NCBI GenBank assembly: GCA_028279595.1
Contig: JANQNK010000001.1
Coordinates: 96,001-160,000, forward strand
Reading direction: 5' to 3'
Source: Thermoplasmatota archaeon
GTDB taxonomy: Archaea > Thermoplasmatota > JAKEGO01
DNA: 64,000 nucleotides
Positions within the stretch are counted from its first letter, which is position 1. Each line of letters starts with the position of its first letter. Under the pieces are notes generated by a model. It worked only from the letters and a program-made list of their open reading frames with translations. It was not told the origin of the DNA and did no database searches. A program made the translations under genes and the position numbers. Positions 31,401-41,032 of the stretch are shown here, piece by piece.

Positions 31401-34038
31401 CGATCTGTGGGTCATCAACAGACCTCCGGAGATCGCCGCCGAGCACGTTTCAACGGTCGCGGAGGGAGAACAGTTCAACGCCTGGTTCAACTCGTCAGAT
31501 CCAGGTGGATGGTGGCGGCTCGACACATCCAAGGAATGGCTGAACCTTACCGACAGCGGCGTACTGAGCGGGATACCGAAGAACCGTGACGTCGGCAAAT
31601 GGACCATCAACATCACCGCGGGGGACCGGAAGGGCGCAAGGGTGACATACGTGTTCAACCTGACCGTCACCAATACGCCTCCAGTCATCCACAATACCCC
31701 GCCTGCGCTGGTCCTCGAGGACGACGTCTATTCGTTCGATATGAACTCGTCCGACGACCCATGGGTCGAATGGGAGCTGATATCCCTCACCGACTGGCTC
31801 GAGGTCAACGGGACCGGCAGCCTCTACGGCGTCCCCGGCAACGAGTACGTCGCACTTTGGCAGTTCACACTGATCGTCGACGACGGAAATGGAGGAAAGG
31901 ATTGGCTGAACTTCACGGTCGACGTCAGGAACACCGACCCCGAGATACTCTCCACCCCGCCGGGCTTCGCATGGGAGAAGGACCTCTACTACTTCCAGAT
32001 GGTCTCCTCCGACGGCGGACCCATCGGCTGGGAGCTCGTAGGGCCTCCATGGCTGTACATCGATCCCGCGACCGGACTCATGTCCGGTACCCCCACGAAC
32101 GACGACGTCAACGACACCAACGTGACCATAACCCTCAAGGACGGAAAGGGAGGCAGGGCCACCCACGAGTTCATCCTTCAGGTATTCAACACGGACCCAG
32201 TGATCCTGACGGAACCGATCAACACGACGATCGAAGGCCTTCCGTTCGGTCTTGCGCTTAGGTCGACCGACGACGGCGAGAACACCGTCTGGAGGGTCTG
32301 GACCGACGCCTACTGGCTGACCTACAACACCACGGTGAACTCAGTCTACGGGACCCCGGGCGAGCTCGTGATAGGCACCTACTACATCAACATGTCAGTG
32401 AAGGACGGCTTCGGGGCGTCCGACTACCTCAACTTCACACTCGAGGTGATCAATGCACCCCCGGTCCTCTCGATCCCATACATCCCGCCGCTTCCGGAGG
32501 ATGAGCCCTTCGAGGCGATGATCCGGTCCTCGGACCCGGTATCGTTGTGGGAGTTCTCGTCCGACTCGGACTGGCTCGGTTTCAATACTACCAGCGGGAG
32601 GCTACACGGCACTCCGGATAACAGCGACGTCGGGACCTGGACCGCCAACGTGACGGCCACCGACGGATACGGTATGTCCGCGTCGGTCGAGCTCACCATC
32701 ATCGTCGAGAACACCCCTCCGGACATCACGCCATATCCCCCTCTCGAGTTGGTCGAGGAACAGCTCTACAGGGTCGACTTCAACACGACGGACACCCCGG
32801 AGAGCTGGACCTTCGAGGGCCCCTCGTGGCTCACCATCGACGAAGACTCGGGCATCCTCTGGGGCGTTCCGGGGGACGCTGACTTCGGAGCGTTCGAGGT
32901 GACGGTCAACGTGTCCGACGGGAACGGCGGATACGCCGAACTGCCCTTCGTGATCGACGTGGAGAACATCAACGACGCCCCCGTCATCGCAGGGACGGAT
33001 GTCCCGGTGACCAATGCCACGGAACCGTACCTGGTGGAATACATCGGAACTGACCCCGACGGCGATACTACAACGTGGGGTCTGGTCACGAACGCCACCT
33101 TCCTCTCCATATCGACCAATGGAACCCTCACGGGCCTCCCGACGAACGACAACGAGGGCGCCTATCCGGTCTCGATCTTCCTCAGGGACCCCTCAGGCAA
33201 CACCACCTGGAGGAACTTCACCCTGATCGTCCTCTACAAGGACCTCGCTCCGACGCTGAACGGCGGCACCGTCACCCCGAACAGCGGTGACACTGACACC
33301 AGGTTCCATTTCACGGTCTGGTACTTCGATCCAGAGGGCGCTCCGCCGGCGAGCATTATGGTGGTGATCGACGGGAAGGAACTGCCGATGAAGTTGAGCG
33401 AGGAGGAGGCATCCAATGGCCTCTACAGGTTCACGACCGATCTGAGCAGGGGTGTACATACCTACTACTTCCGGGCGAACGACGGAACCAGCCAGGCCGA
33501 GGCAACCGGTGGGACCCCGACAGAGACGAACGCCGCGACAGTGGGCGTCAAGAAGGGCGAGGACCTCTCCAACGTGATATTCTACGACATCGTACTCATC
33601 GCCGTCCTCGTTGCGATCCTGGTGATCGCCCTTGGTTATCTGGTTGCACCCGACAGGATGTCGGGGATCCTCGGAAGGGTGATCCCCTCGGGTGGGACCA
33701 AGAGGAAACGTCCGCCAGCGACACCGCCAAGCGAGGACGAGGATGACCCGGACCCCTTCCACAGGCCCAGGCGGGATGTCCCGCCGCCGAGGAGGCGCAC
33801 CGGCGCCGTCAGGCCGATGGTGCGAAGTGATGGACCACCTCCGGATGGTGAGGAAGAGGTCCGAGAGGGATCAGGGGTCCCCGAGGACCCAGGACCGGAG
33901 ATCGGTCCCGAGAGGACGAGGTCCCCTTCGGGGAGTGGACGGGTGGCGGAGCCGATCGAGGAGGACGAGACCGATCCGCTCGACATGGAGGGCGCCGTGG
34001 CCATGAGATACTCCGATCTGCCTAAGAAGCGTCGCTGA
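28429..34038 (+). CDS. Giant surface protein: FG-GAP (integrin-alpha-like) propeller + 12 cadherin-like/He_PIG repeats + TM + disordered tail
   Basis: Signal peptide; GDFNGDGMDD/GDVNGDGYDD-type repeats with FG..GAP; 12 N.PP.I...ED...WL...GTP.N.DVG...DG.GG repeats; TM near aa 1715-1740. Confidence 0.9.
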   Translation: MRRPALVPLIILLALICIASAGATEIEGTQTDALFGFSQAVGDFNGDGMDDLVVGAPNNDNSGTDRGAAFIFLGPFSGDLDTGDANGSYIGEEEYDRAGFALAAGDVNGDGYDDIIVGSPGNDDNLPNSGQVYVIFGRRNFTTQNSLSEANGSFIGKDNSDRIGMALACGDVNGDRYDDVIIGTPREDGDDGANSGAVYIIHGKSGSWNMEKSLYNADASYVGTALGQRVGLNVTCGDVNGDGMSDILIGAPYHTRSEFEEGMVYIAFGRTSSWKLNIRVNTLNASFLGGTAGAHLGWSLSAGFDADGDELGDILIGAPGLDGAYMFRGRQGWGRRIEPHRADIEVEGDPGTRTGWSVAMDIYDRDLVRGLIVGSPGNDTIDPSFAFLPNGTEGDLPNSTIVNGTSESLYGWSIVSGDMDLDGLKDAVVSAPNATGPSSRTGVVEIVEYAMNIQPFISDLTLHKNISRPKAFFLRMDQPVMINATGGSGGPNRDVVWARVTTTLDSTGIMVPLLETGGSTGHFLGNVTPVYGSDEDAARIAARWGNWLYVSFGGPVRARGMLNVPPAIEGNDTLWVDEDSPYESRYTYDDGNADEVSWTIDTNATWMIWSEWNQTLWGTPDNRHVGWFNVNISIDDGNFGNDTRSFILTVNNTPPVIGNADETTAYEDIAYNVTYYVSPPEIGAFWTFTTNASWLDFEQNGTYLFGTPNNTDVGVYSVNISVYDGNGGSDHREFDLDVLNTPLMILTTDVLSVDQDEYYYNDYDSTDDPGPEWTLWTDADFLDINTTSGEIFGVPDNWDVGNWTVNISVEDIHGAIDFSNFTLQVFNLAPVISLHDPIIAFEDDDFSYTLNFTDKGPGTTVTMVTDAVWLSDLDLTISGRADDDDVGDYYFDLTVNDTWGAASRVNVTLRVLNTDPVVLGTPPNSTYEDSHYMFNLSSSDPVDFWTYSGPSWLNLDANGTLYGIPINDDVGNHTITVTVFDRHGGSGTLQYDLWVINRPPEIAAEHVSTVAEGEQFNAWFNSSDPGGWWRLDTSKEWLNLTDSGVLSGIPKNRDVGKWTINITAGDRKGARVTYVFNLTVTNTPPVIHNTPPALVLEDDVYSFDMNSSDDPWVEWELISLTDWLEVNGTGSLYGVPGNEYVALWQFTLIVDDGNGGKDWLNFTVDVRNTDPEILSTPPGFAWEKDLYYFQMVSSDGGPIGWELVGPPWLYIDPATGLMSGTPTNDDVNDTNVTITLKDGKGGRATHEFILQVFNTDPVILTEPINTTIEGLPFGLALRSTDDGENTVWRVWTDAYWLTYNTTVNSVYGTPGELVIGTYYINMSVKDGFGASDYLNFTLEVINAPPVLSIPYIPPLPEDEPFEAMIRSSDPVSLWEFSSDSDWLGFNTTSGRLHGTPDNSDVGTWTANVTATDGYGMSASVELTIIVENTPPDITPYPPLELVEEQLYRVDFNTTDTPESWTFEGPSWLTIDEDSGILWGVPGDADFGAFEVTVNVSDGNGGYAELPFVIDVENINDAPVIAGTDVPVTNATEPYLVEYIGTDPDGDTTTWGLVTNATFLSISTNGTLTGLPTNDNEGAYPVSIFLRDPSGNTTWRNFTLIVLYKDLAPTLNGGTVTPNSGDTDTRFHFTVWYFDPEGAPPASIMVVIDGKELPMKLSEEEASNGLYRFTTDLSRGVHTYYFRANDGTSQAEATGGTPTETNAATVGVKKGEDLSNVIFYDIVLIAVLVAILVIALGYLVAPDRMSGILGRVIPSGGTKRKRPPATPPSEDEDDPDPFHRPRRDVPPPRRRTGAVRPMVRSDGPPPDGEEEVREGSGVPEDPGPEIGPERTRSPSGSGRVAEPIEEDETDPLDMEGAVAMRYSDLPKKRR
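30115..33240 (+). repeat. Twelve diverged ~87-aa cadherin-like/Ig repeats in the 1869-aa protein
   Basis: Repeat starts NVPP, NTPP, NTPL, NLAP, NTDP, NRPP, NTPP, NTDP, NTDP, NAPP, NTPP, NDAP. Confidence 0.85.
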
Positions 34039-34082
34039 GTTAACCAACAACCTTTGACATCGTTCTGCCTGTCATCCATGGC

Positions 34083-34241
34083 TCAACCCGGAGGCGCACC
34101 TATGACCATGACCGGCTGATGTTTGGATCCGCATCTGAGGCATTGTACCCAGTCGATGCTGCCGTGCAGGTCCGTACGGTGAACCATGTGCGTCGTCTCG
34201 CTCTGACAGGACGGACAGTGGTTCGGTGCCTGTTCGAGCAA
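34083..34241 (-). CDS. 52-aa zinc-finger microprotein (CPSC...CLRCG), not in ORF track
   Basis: Hand translation MLEQAPNHCPSCQSETTHMVHRTDLHGSIDWVQCLRCGSKHQPVMVIGAPPG. TTG start after GAGGGGG; TTAATTAA upstream. Confidence 0.7.
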   Translation of the reverse strand: MLEQAPNHCPSCQSETTHMVHRTDLHGSIDWVQCLRCGSKHQPVMVIGAPPG

Positions 34242-34476
34242 CTAATGTCCCCCTCGCGGGAGACGGTAGGTCGTTCTGATTAATTAAGATTTCTCGGACC
34301 GTCCGGTCCAGGGTGTTACAAATGTCACGACCGGACCCGATTATGATGAAAGTCGACAGCCAGTCCCCCAATGGAACACGTTCGAAGTCGTCTGACAGCG
34401 GTCCATGAGCCTTTGAAACGGTTTCCATAAAACTCTTATATATATCAGAACTGACATTGACGACGGAGTGGTAACG

Positions 34477-37400
34477 ATGACGAAACCTACCATCCAGCAA
34501 CTGTGTCTGGCAGTGGGAGCGATAATCATTTTCCTGATGGTCCTCGGCGGCACCGCAGAGGCCGATTTCTTCAACCCGGTGGTGGAAGTGGACGAGATCA
34601 GGTGCATCAACGAGACCGGAAGGATGGAGTACGGTTTCCTAGACGACAACTACACGATCAAGGCCAAGGTGGACGTGGAGGATACAACACCCGGTACATC
34701 GGTCTTCAACATGGAGGTCACGTTCTACGACGATGGGACCCTGATCGAGACCGTCGATGTCGGCACTGTCGGATCGGGAGAGACAGTCATCGTTACAACG
34801 GAGTGGTACGGGCGCGAACCGACCGGATGGGACAACGAGCACAACATCCAGGTTGAGGTCGAAACCTCCAGCAACGATAACAATGACAACAACACCGACT
34901 TCGTCATTCATGAGCTGGGGGTAAGACTTGAGCTCGCCGACGGCGAGGAGGACGAGCGGACGGTCAACGAGGGAGGGACGGCTTCGTACTGGATGGAGAT
35001 CGAGAACACCGGAACCCTCAATGACACGTACAACCTCAACAATTCAGGTTACAACCCCAACGCCTGGGATGTCTGGTTCGAGAACGACATGGGTGTCGAG
35101 ATCGAATATATATATCTCGAGGAAGGCGAGATGGCCGATATATTCCTCAAGGTGAAGGAGGAGAACGCTGAAGGCAAGGACGTGAAGGCGGAGGTCATAT
35201 CCAATGCCTCATCTCAGATCAACGGAAGCATCTACGACACCGAGGAGACCACTACCAGTGTTGCGGCACAGATACTGATCGTCGACGCCGCCGACACTAA
35301 CAAGGACTCGGTCACCAGCTATTACGAGGATGCACTGGACGAGGAGGGCTACAGCTACAATGTCCACAACAATCGCGAGGACCCGATAACCGCGGGCGAC
35401 ATGTCATTCTACTCCGTCGTGATCTGGGTGGAACCAGACAGCGGCCTCTCTCAGGACGAGACCGACAACGTCACAGACTACCTGGACGAAGGCGACGAGG
35501 ACGACAAGAGGTCGCTATTCATCAGCGGCAAGGACATCGCCGAGCACGCCGATCAGACCACCTGGGGGAGGAAGTTCCTCAGGAAGTACATGGAGGTCGA
35601 GTTCTCGGAGTCTTCCACGAGCGCGACGACCCTGCAAGGTCGGAACCATCCAGTAGGTGGTAACATCGACCTGGACATCTCCCTGGGTGGACAGGGCGAC
35701 GGCGCCAGGAACCAGGACCATCCCGACAATCTCACCGTCGGAGGGGAAGCCGAGGCCGATGCGATCTTCGAGTATTACGGAAGTGACATCGGCGGAACCA
35801 GCTACGAGGGTGATACCTACAACAGCGTATTCTTCTCGTTCGGTTTCGAGGGCATCAACAGCGAATCCGATAGGTTCGAGGTGATGGCCAGGATCATGCG
35901 CTACTTCCAGGGCGGATGCGACGGCTTCGCCAAGGACAGCGACGACGAGTACATCGAAGGCGCCACCGTCGAGCTCGTCGGGACCCAGTACACTACCGAG
36001 ACCGACCCGAAGGGCTACTACTTCTTCACAGGGGTCGCTCCGGGAGAGTACACGGTCCGTTGCCGAGCGGAGGGATACGAGGACCCCGAGGACAAGGAGG
36101 TGACCATTTCACGGGGAACCCTGAAGCGCGTGTCCACCTTCATATTGCAGATCAAGCCGGCCGAGATCCAGGGAGTCGTGACGAACCGGACGGACCAGCC
36201 GGTCGAGAATGCCAAGATCACGTTCAAGGGCAAGGGCACCGTCTCCCACCGGACCTACATCGTATGGACCGACTTCGACGGCGAATACGACCTCGAGGTC
36301 GCCGAGGGGACGTACGATGTGAACATATCCAAGCAGGGCCACTGGCCTGAGGCATACACTGACATCGAGGCCGAGGAGGGCGCAGCTGCGACCTGGGCCA
36401 ACTTCACAGTGTACGAGATGCAGAATCCCGGCAACTTCACCGGATACATAGATTACGACGGCACCCCGCTCGAGGGCCTGTACTTCAAGATATTCGAACT
36501 CGATAACATCACGGTGTATACCAACGAGGATGGGATCGTTCCCGAGACGATGGTCCCTGGTGGGAACTACACCGGAGAGATCCGCATCATGCCGGATACG
36601 TTCGCTTTCAACAAGAGCCTCAAGAAGCAGGAGTTCGAGATGGAGGTCACCGAGGGAGAGACCATATGGGTGAACCGGACGCTCGAGGCCGGCGCCGAGG
36701 GCACCGTAATGGGCCGGGTCACTGACAATACGGCCGAACAGAAACCCCTGAGAGACGCCGACATCGAGTTCGAGGACTCCGAGGACGGCACGATCCTTGG
36801 CGTTAGAGGTGACACCGACTCCAACGGGGATTACAGTGTCGAGATCCCCATCGGCTACTACAACGTCACGGCATCCAAACCGGGCTATGCCACCAAGACG
36901 AAGGTCGTTCGTGTCAGGGAGGGCGAGGAGGTCGAGATCGACTTCAAGCTGCCTCCTGGTGAGACCAAGGAGGGCCACATCCAGGTGAACACCACCTCGA
37001 ACTACGGAGACAAGCTCGCGGACGTCGCGGTAACCCTGCAGGAGACCGAATACGTCAACGAGGAATCCGGGAGGACGCAGCGCGCCTCCGACGGATCGGC
37101 GGCGTCGGTCAAGTTCCAGAACCTCCCGCTCGACTCGTACACCATCGTTCTCGATGGCTATCAGAAGGACTTCGTCATTGAACAGACCGTTTCCGACATC
37201 GTCATCGAGGAGGACGGCCAGTGGGTGTTCGTCGACGTCGAGATGGACGTCATCCTGCCGATCGTATCAGGTACGATATCTGACCAAACCGGATCGGTCG
37301 CGATCGAGGGAGCCACCGTCAGGATCGAAGGGATGGGCCTTACAGACACGACGGATTCGAACGGAGAATACTCGATCAACCTCGGAGTTCCGGACTACAA

Positions 37401-38091
37401 CAATTACGACTTCAAGTACGAGGACTTCCTGTTCGACATCAACGTCACCACCGACCTGAACTACAAGGCGCAAAATCAGTACAATCATACAGCCGGACTT
37501 GGGGACGAGACCATCGCCAACTTCTTCCTGATCCCGGGTCCCGAGCCCAACAGGCCGCCAACCGCCGACGCGGGCGGGGACCAGGAGGTCTATCTAGGCG
37601 ATGACGTCATTCTCGATGGGACCGACTCCGAGGACGAGGATGGATACATCGAGACATACACCTGGAACATCGACGGAGCGAACATCAACGGCGAGACCCT
37701 TACCTACACACTCTTCGACGAGATCGGGGACTACGAGGTGACCCTGACCGTTGTTGACAACGAGGGCGCCGAGGATACGGACACGATCACAATATCCATC
37801 GTGAACCCGCCATCACAGCCGAGCGATAAGGGCGACGACGACCTCCCGATGACCACGATCGCAATGGCCGGTATCGGCATCGTCGTCGTCATCGTCCTCG
37901 TCGTAGTGATGTCGAAGAAGAAGCCTCCAGAGCAAGCCCAGACCGCACAGCCGGCTCAGCAGGCTCCACCCCCGCCGGGAATGCAGCCACCGACGCTTCA
38001 GCAGCCGCAGACGCCCCCTCCCGGGGCTCCGCAGCCACCGCCATTACAACCGGTACAACAGTATCCACCCAATCAATATCCACCGCAGTAG
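34477..38091 (+). CDS. Large acidic surface protein: CARDB-like, carboxypeptidase-regulatory-like repeats, PKD, TM, Pro/Gln tail
   Basis: Signal peptide; repeated IEGATV...TDxxGxY.....PGxYxV; NRPPTADAGGDQ PKD; TM; PPPPGMQPP tail. Confidence 0.85.
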   Translation: MTKPTIQQLCLAVGAIIIFLMVLGGTAEADFFNPVVEVDEIRCINETGRMEYGFLDDNYTIKAKVDVEDTTPGTSVFNMEVTFYDDGTLIETVDVGTVGSGETVIVTTEWYGREPTGWDNEHNIQVEVETSSNDNNDNNTDFVIHELGVRLELADGEEDERTVNEGGTASYWMEIENTGTLNDTYNLNNSGYNPNAWDVWFENDMGVEIEYIYLEEGEMADIFLKVKEENAEGKDVKAEVISNASSQINGSIYDTEETTTSVAAQILIVDAADTNKDSVTSYYEDALDEEGYSYNVHNNREDPITAGDMSFYSVVIWVEPDSGLSQDETDNVTDYLDEGDEDDKRSLFISGKDIAEHADQTTWGRKFLRKYMEVEFSESSTSATTLQGRNHPVGGNIDLDISLGGQGDGARNQDHPDNLTVGGEAEADAIFEYYGSDIGGTSYEGDTYNSVFFSFGFEGINSESDRFEVMARIMRYFQGGCDGFAKDSDDEYIEGATVELVGTQYTTETDPKGYYFFTGVAPGEYTVRCRAEGYEDPEDKEVTISRGTLKRVSTFILQIKPAEIQGVVTNRTDQPVENAKITFKGKGTVSHRTYIVWTDFDGEYDLEVAEGTYDVNISKQGHWPEAYTDIEAEEGAAATWANFTVYEMQNPGNFTGYIDYDGTPLEGLYFKIFELDNITVYTNEDGIVPETMVPGGNYTGEIRIMPDTFAFNKSLKKQEFEMEVTEGETIWVNRTLEAGAEGTVMGRVTDNTAEQKPLRDADIEFEDSEDGTILGVRGDTDSNGDYSVEIPIGYYNVTASKPGYATKTKVVRVREGEEVEIDFKLPPGETKEGHIQVNTTSNYGDKLADVAVTLQETEYVNEESGRTQRASDGSAASVKFQNLPLDSYTIVLDGYQKDFVIEQTVSDIVIEEDGQWVFVDVEMDVILPIVSGTISDQTGSVAIEGATVRIEGMGLTDTTDSNGEYSINLGVPDYNNYDFKYEDFLFDINVTTDLNYKAQNQYNHTAGLGDETIANFFLIPGPEPNRPPTADAGGDQEVYLGDDVILDGTDSEDEDGYIETYTWNIDGANINGETLTYTLFDEIGDYEVTLTVVDNEGAEDTDTITISIVNPPSQPSDKGDDDLPMTTIAMAGIGIVVVIVLVVVMSKKKPPEQAQTAQPAQQAPPPPGMQPPTLQQPQTPPPGAPQPPPLQPVQQYPPNQYPPQ

Positions 38092-38097
38092 TTACGC

Positions 38098-39291
38098 TCA
38101 CCAGCCGAAGTCCTCTCCGATGAGGTCGTAGAGACGCTTGTTGTGAGGTTCGTAGAATTCATTCAGCCTGGACCTCAGCGCATCGTCTATCTCTGGATAG
38201 TGCGAGACGTTGTACCGTCTGAACTCCCCGAAGTCGTGACCGGGCAGTCCGAGGAACCTCAGGACACGCTTCATCCCCTTGCCGGGGTCGGCGCTGAAGT
38301 CCTCGTTCTTCAGGACCAGTATGTTCTTCCGCGGGAACAGGTCGAACCAGACCTTGAGCTGGTCGGCGTAGATCCCTCTCGTGACGTATGAATAGTGCTT
38401 GTGGTCGATGCTGATGTAGGAGCTGTCGTCTGCTATCCTGCCAGCCTCTCCCTTGATCCGGGCCTCCTCCCTGTCGAAAGCCTCGTCCATTGGCAGGAGC
38501 TCCCAGCCCTTCCTCACCTGATGGTAATAGTTGGAGATCGCCCGGTCCACGGGGTCTCTGAGGATGGCCATCAGCTTCACATCCGGCAGCAGTGCCTTCA
38601 CCCTCTTGGCGGCCAGGGGATGGTACATGTAGTACGGACTTGACTCGCCTGTCACGTATCCCTTGAGCCTCTTGATCGATCTTGGCGGGAAGTGGGCCCT
38701 GTACCAGCCCTCGCCGTTCGAGTGGTTCTCATCGAAGAAGTGGACCTCCTTCCTGAACGCTGGAGCCACCCTCGGGTGTCGGATGACATAGTTGTAGAGC
38801 GAGGTGGTCCCAGCTCTCTGGGCGCCGATTATCAGGAAGTCAGGCAGTGCCCTGAGCGAGGATGTCATCGTCCTGTGCCGGCTGATGACCGGCCGCTGCA
38901 TTATCCTGAGGAAGGGAGCCCTCTCTGTGGGGAAGTCCAGCCCCTCCCGGGGTATCCCCTGGCCCAATCCATGCTGGACCGCCTTCCCCCAGCTGGAGTC
39001 CCTCCTCCTGGGCAGGTCGAAGGTCCTGTCGTTGAACACGACCTTGATCACGTCCTCGTTCCAGAAATGGATGTACCATCCATCCCTGACGTGGGGCCTG
39101 AGCTTCTCGACCCCCTCGTCGTCACAGTTGATGAAGTAGATGTGTGCGCGACCCAGCTTTCCGTCTATCGGCATGAATGGCTTTGTGACGAACACCCTCT
39201 CGATGTCGTACTTGTTAACCGCCTCCGGCTCCGCCAGTCCCTCGGCGATCACCGCTCCGCGGTATTCCGCTTTCGCTACGTCGTCGGACAC
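38098..39291 (-). CDS. PAPS-dependent sulfotransferase with extra N-terminal domain
   Basis: LPDFLIIGAQRAGTTSL (5'-PSB), KEVHFF, GESSPYY, ILRDPVDRAISNY (3'-PB), FYEPHNKRL. Confidence 0.9.
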   Translation of the reverse strand: MSDDVAKAEYRGAVIAEGLAEPEAVNKYDIERVFVTKPFMPIDGKLGRAHIYFINCDDEGVEKLRPHVRDGWYIHFWNEDVIKVVFNDRTFDLPRRRDSSWGKAVQHGLGQGIPREGLDFPTERAPFLRIMQRPVISRHRTMTSSLRALPDFLIIGAQRAGTTSLYNYVIRHPRVAPAFRKEVHFFDENHSNGEGWYRAHFPPRSIKRLKGYVTGESSPYYMYHPLAAKRVKALLPDVKLMAILRDPVDRAISNYYHQVRKGWELLPMDEAFDREEARIKGEAGRIADDSSYISIDHKHYSYVTRGIYADQLKVWFDLFPRKNILVLKNEDFSADPGKGMKRVLRFLGLPGHDFGEFRRYNVSHYPEIDDALRSRLNEFYEPHNKRLYDLIGEDFGW

Positions 39292-39336
39292 GTCAAAAGC
39301 AAGGATGCTGGCCTATATGAAGATTGTGAACGACGG

Positions 39337-41028
39337 TCAACCCAGTCCAGGCATCACAGTCTCCATCATCATCGCGACGATGACAGACACGATGGCCCCT
39401 GTCCAGACCATGGCGACGAAGTGGACCAGCGACCCTACCTTGTGCCCGCCGCTCAGGATGCTCAGAAGGATGGCGGAGATGAGGGCGTGGACCACCACCA
39501 GGATCAGGATGATTATCGCCATGGCGTTGACGTTGAAGAAGTTGTACTCCAGTACAGTTACCGACTCGAAACCCACCGGCGTGGAGAGGTCCGCCCAGAT
39601 GTCCTGGACCCGCTCCAGTATCTCGACGGTGATGTACATCGCGAAGGCCACCGCGATCATGAGGCCGTAGAGCATGCCTGTGAGGTCCCCCGCGGACTGG
39701 TACCTCTTCTTCCTCAGACCGAGGATCCTGACGAAGTTCTTGCTGATCAGGTTCGTCATGCCCTTGGACCGCCCGCCGGCACGGAACCCTTCGACATACA
39801 TGTCGCTGAACTTCGAGATGAGGTCGCTTCCGGTCTCCGCGCCGAAGTGCCGCCACGAGGTCCGGGCGTCGATGCCCGTGGACAGCCGTTTCGACAGCGC
39901 CTTGATGTTCGCCGTCAGCGGCCCGAAGTTGTGCATCGAAAGCTTCCTCAGCGCCTGCGTGGCGGCGATGGACCTCGCCTCGGCGGTGGAGCCCAACGTC
40001 CTCATGAAGGCAGGATAGTTGTCGTCCCTTCGCCTGATCTTGTCCTCCTCCACCTGCGTGATGTATCCGGGATACGCCAGCGGGGTGAGGCCGATGGCCG
40101 CGATGATCGGCCAGGAACGGTAGGACCACATCCCCATGCCCCGACCCATGTCGCTCAGGCCGAACGCGATGAGGGCGAGGCTCAGTGCCACCGTGGCGAC
40201 GACCGCTGCCACGAGCGCAGTCTGGATCCTCCGCTCGGCGTCGTTCTTGATCCCGGTCTTGTGCCAGACCGATTCCATGGGCAGGGACGCGCTGGCGACG
40301 TACACGAACCCGATCTCAATGACGGTGAACAGGAAGAGGGCAAGCGCCATCAACGAAGTGACGCTCCTGCCCGTGAGGATGGGGAGGAATGCGACGATCG
40401 CGATCACGAACATGGCCGCGATGATCATCGCGACGTAGATCTCCTTCATCAGGTCCATGTCCCGGAGGACGCCCTCGTACCTGATCGCATACTGGTCCAG
40501 CACGACGTCCTGCTCGTTGGAGAAGAACTCCGATTCCGACTGGCCCCCCTCGATGGAGAAGGCGAACCTCTCGAGGAAGTCCGCGAGCAGTTTTGACGGT
40601 GTCTGTTCCGAGACCTGGCGCGCAGCCTCCGAGAGCGTAAGCCTCCAGGTCTTGACAAGGTGGAATATCTTGGCGATCTCGTTCCCCATGACCTCGTACT
40701 CCTCCATCCCGTGGAGGAGTTCGACGAACGTCATTCGCGGGATCTCCTGGCTCGTGATAACTCCCATCCGCGTGATGAAGAGGTGCATCTCCTCGTCTAT
40801 CTCCCGCCCCTTCCTCTGGTAGACGATCACCGGGTACAGGGCGACGAAGACCACTGATATCGCTATGACACCCGTCAGAAGTACGAAGATGAGCAGTGTG
40901 ATCCAGGGAACGTAAAGAGCGATGAGGACGATGGCGGCCAGGGCCCCGAGGACCGCCGGCAGTGCGAACCTGAGAAGGTAAGCGCCCGGCGTCGTCCCGA
41001 AGGTCGTGTATGCCGTCCTGAACTGCAT
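39337..41028 (-). CDS. flaJ: Archaellum membrane platform ArlJ
   Basis: Polytopic; MHLFITRMG, DFLERFA, IRRRDDNYPAFMRTLG; follows flaI. Confidence 0.95.
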   Translation of the reverse strand: MQFRTAYTTFGTTPGAYLLRFALPAVLGALAAIVLIALYVPWITLLIFVLLTGVIAISVVFVALYPVIVYQRKGREIDEEMHLFITRMGVITSQEIPRMTFVELLHGMEEYEVMGNEIAKIFHLVKTWRLTLSEAARQVSEQTPSKLLADFLERFAFSIEGGQSESEFFSNEQDVVLDQYAIRYEGVLRDMDLMKEIYVAMIIAAMFVIAIVAFLPILTGRSVTSLMALALFLFTVIEIGFVYVASASLPMESVWHKTGIKNDAERRIQTALVAAVVATVALSLALIAFGLSDMGRGMGMWSYRSWPIIAAIGLTPLAYPGYITQVEEDKIRRRDDNYPAFMRTLGSTAEARSIAATQALRKLSMHNFGPLTANIKALSKRLSTGIDARTSWRHFGAETGSDLISKFSDMYVEGFRAGGRSKGMTNLISKNFVRILGLRKKRYQSAGDLTGMLYGLMIAVAFAMYITVEILERVQDIWADLSTPVGFESVTVLEYNFFNVNAMAIIILILVVVHALISAILLSILSGGHKVGSLVHFVAMVWTGAIVSVIVAMMMETVMPGLG

Positions 41029-41032
41029 CGGG

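Noticed and set aside
38692-40596. 634-aa plus-strand ORF and other long antisense ORFs (18284-19555, 61864-63330, 51768-52940, 48600-49655)
   Set aside because: Shadow frames of well-supported opposite-strand genes, expected at high GC3; no recognisable motifs.
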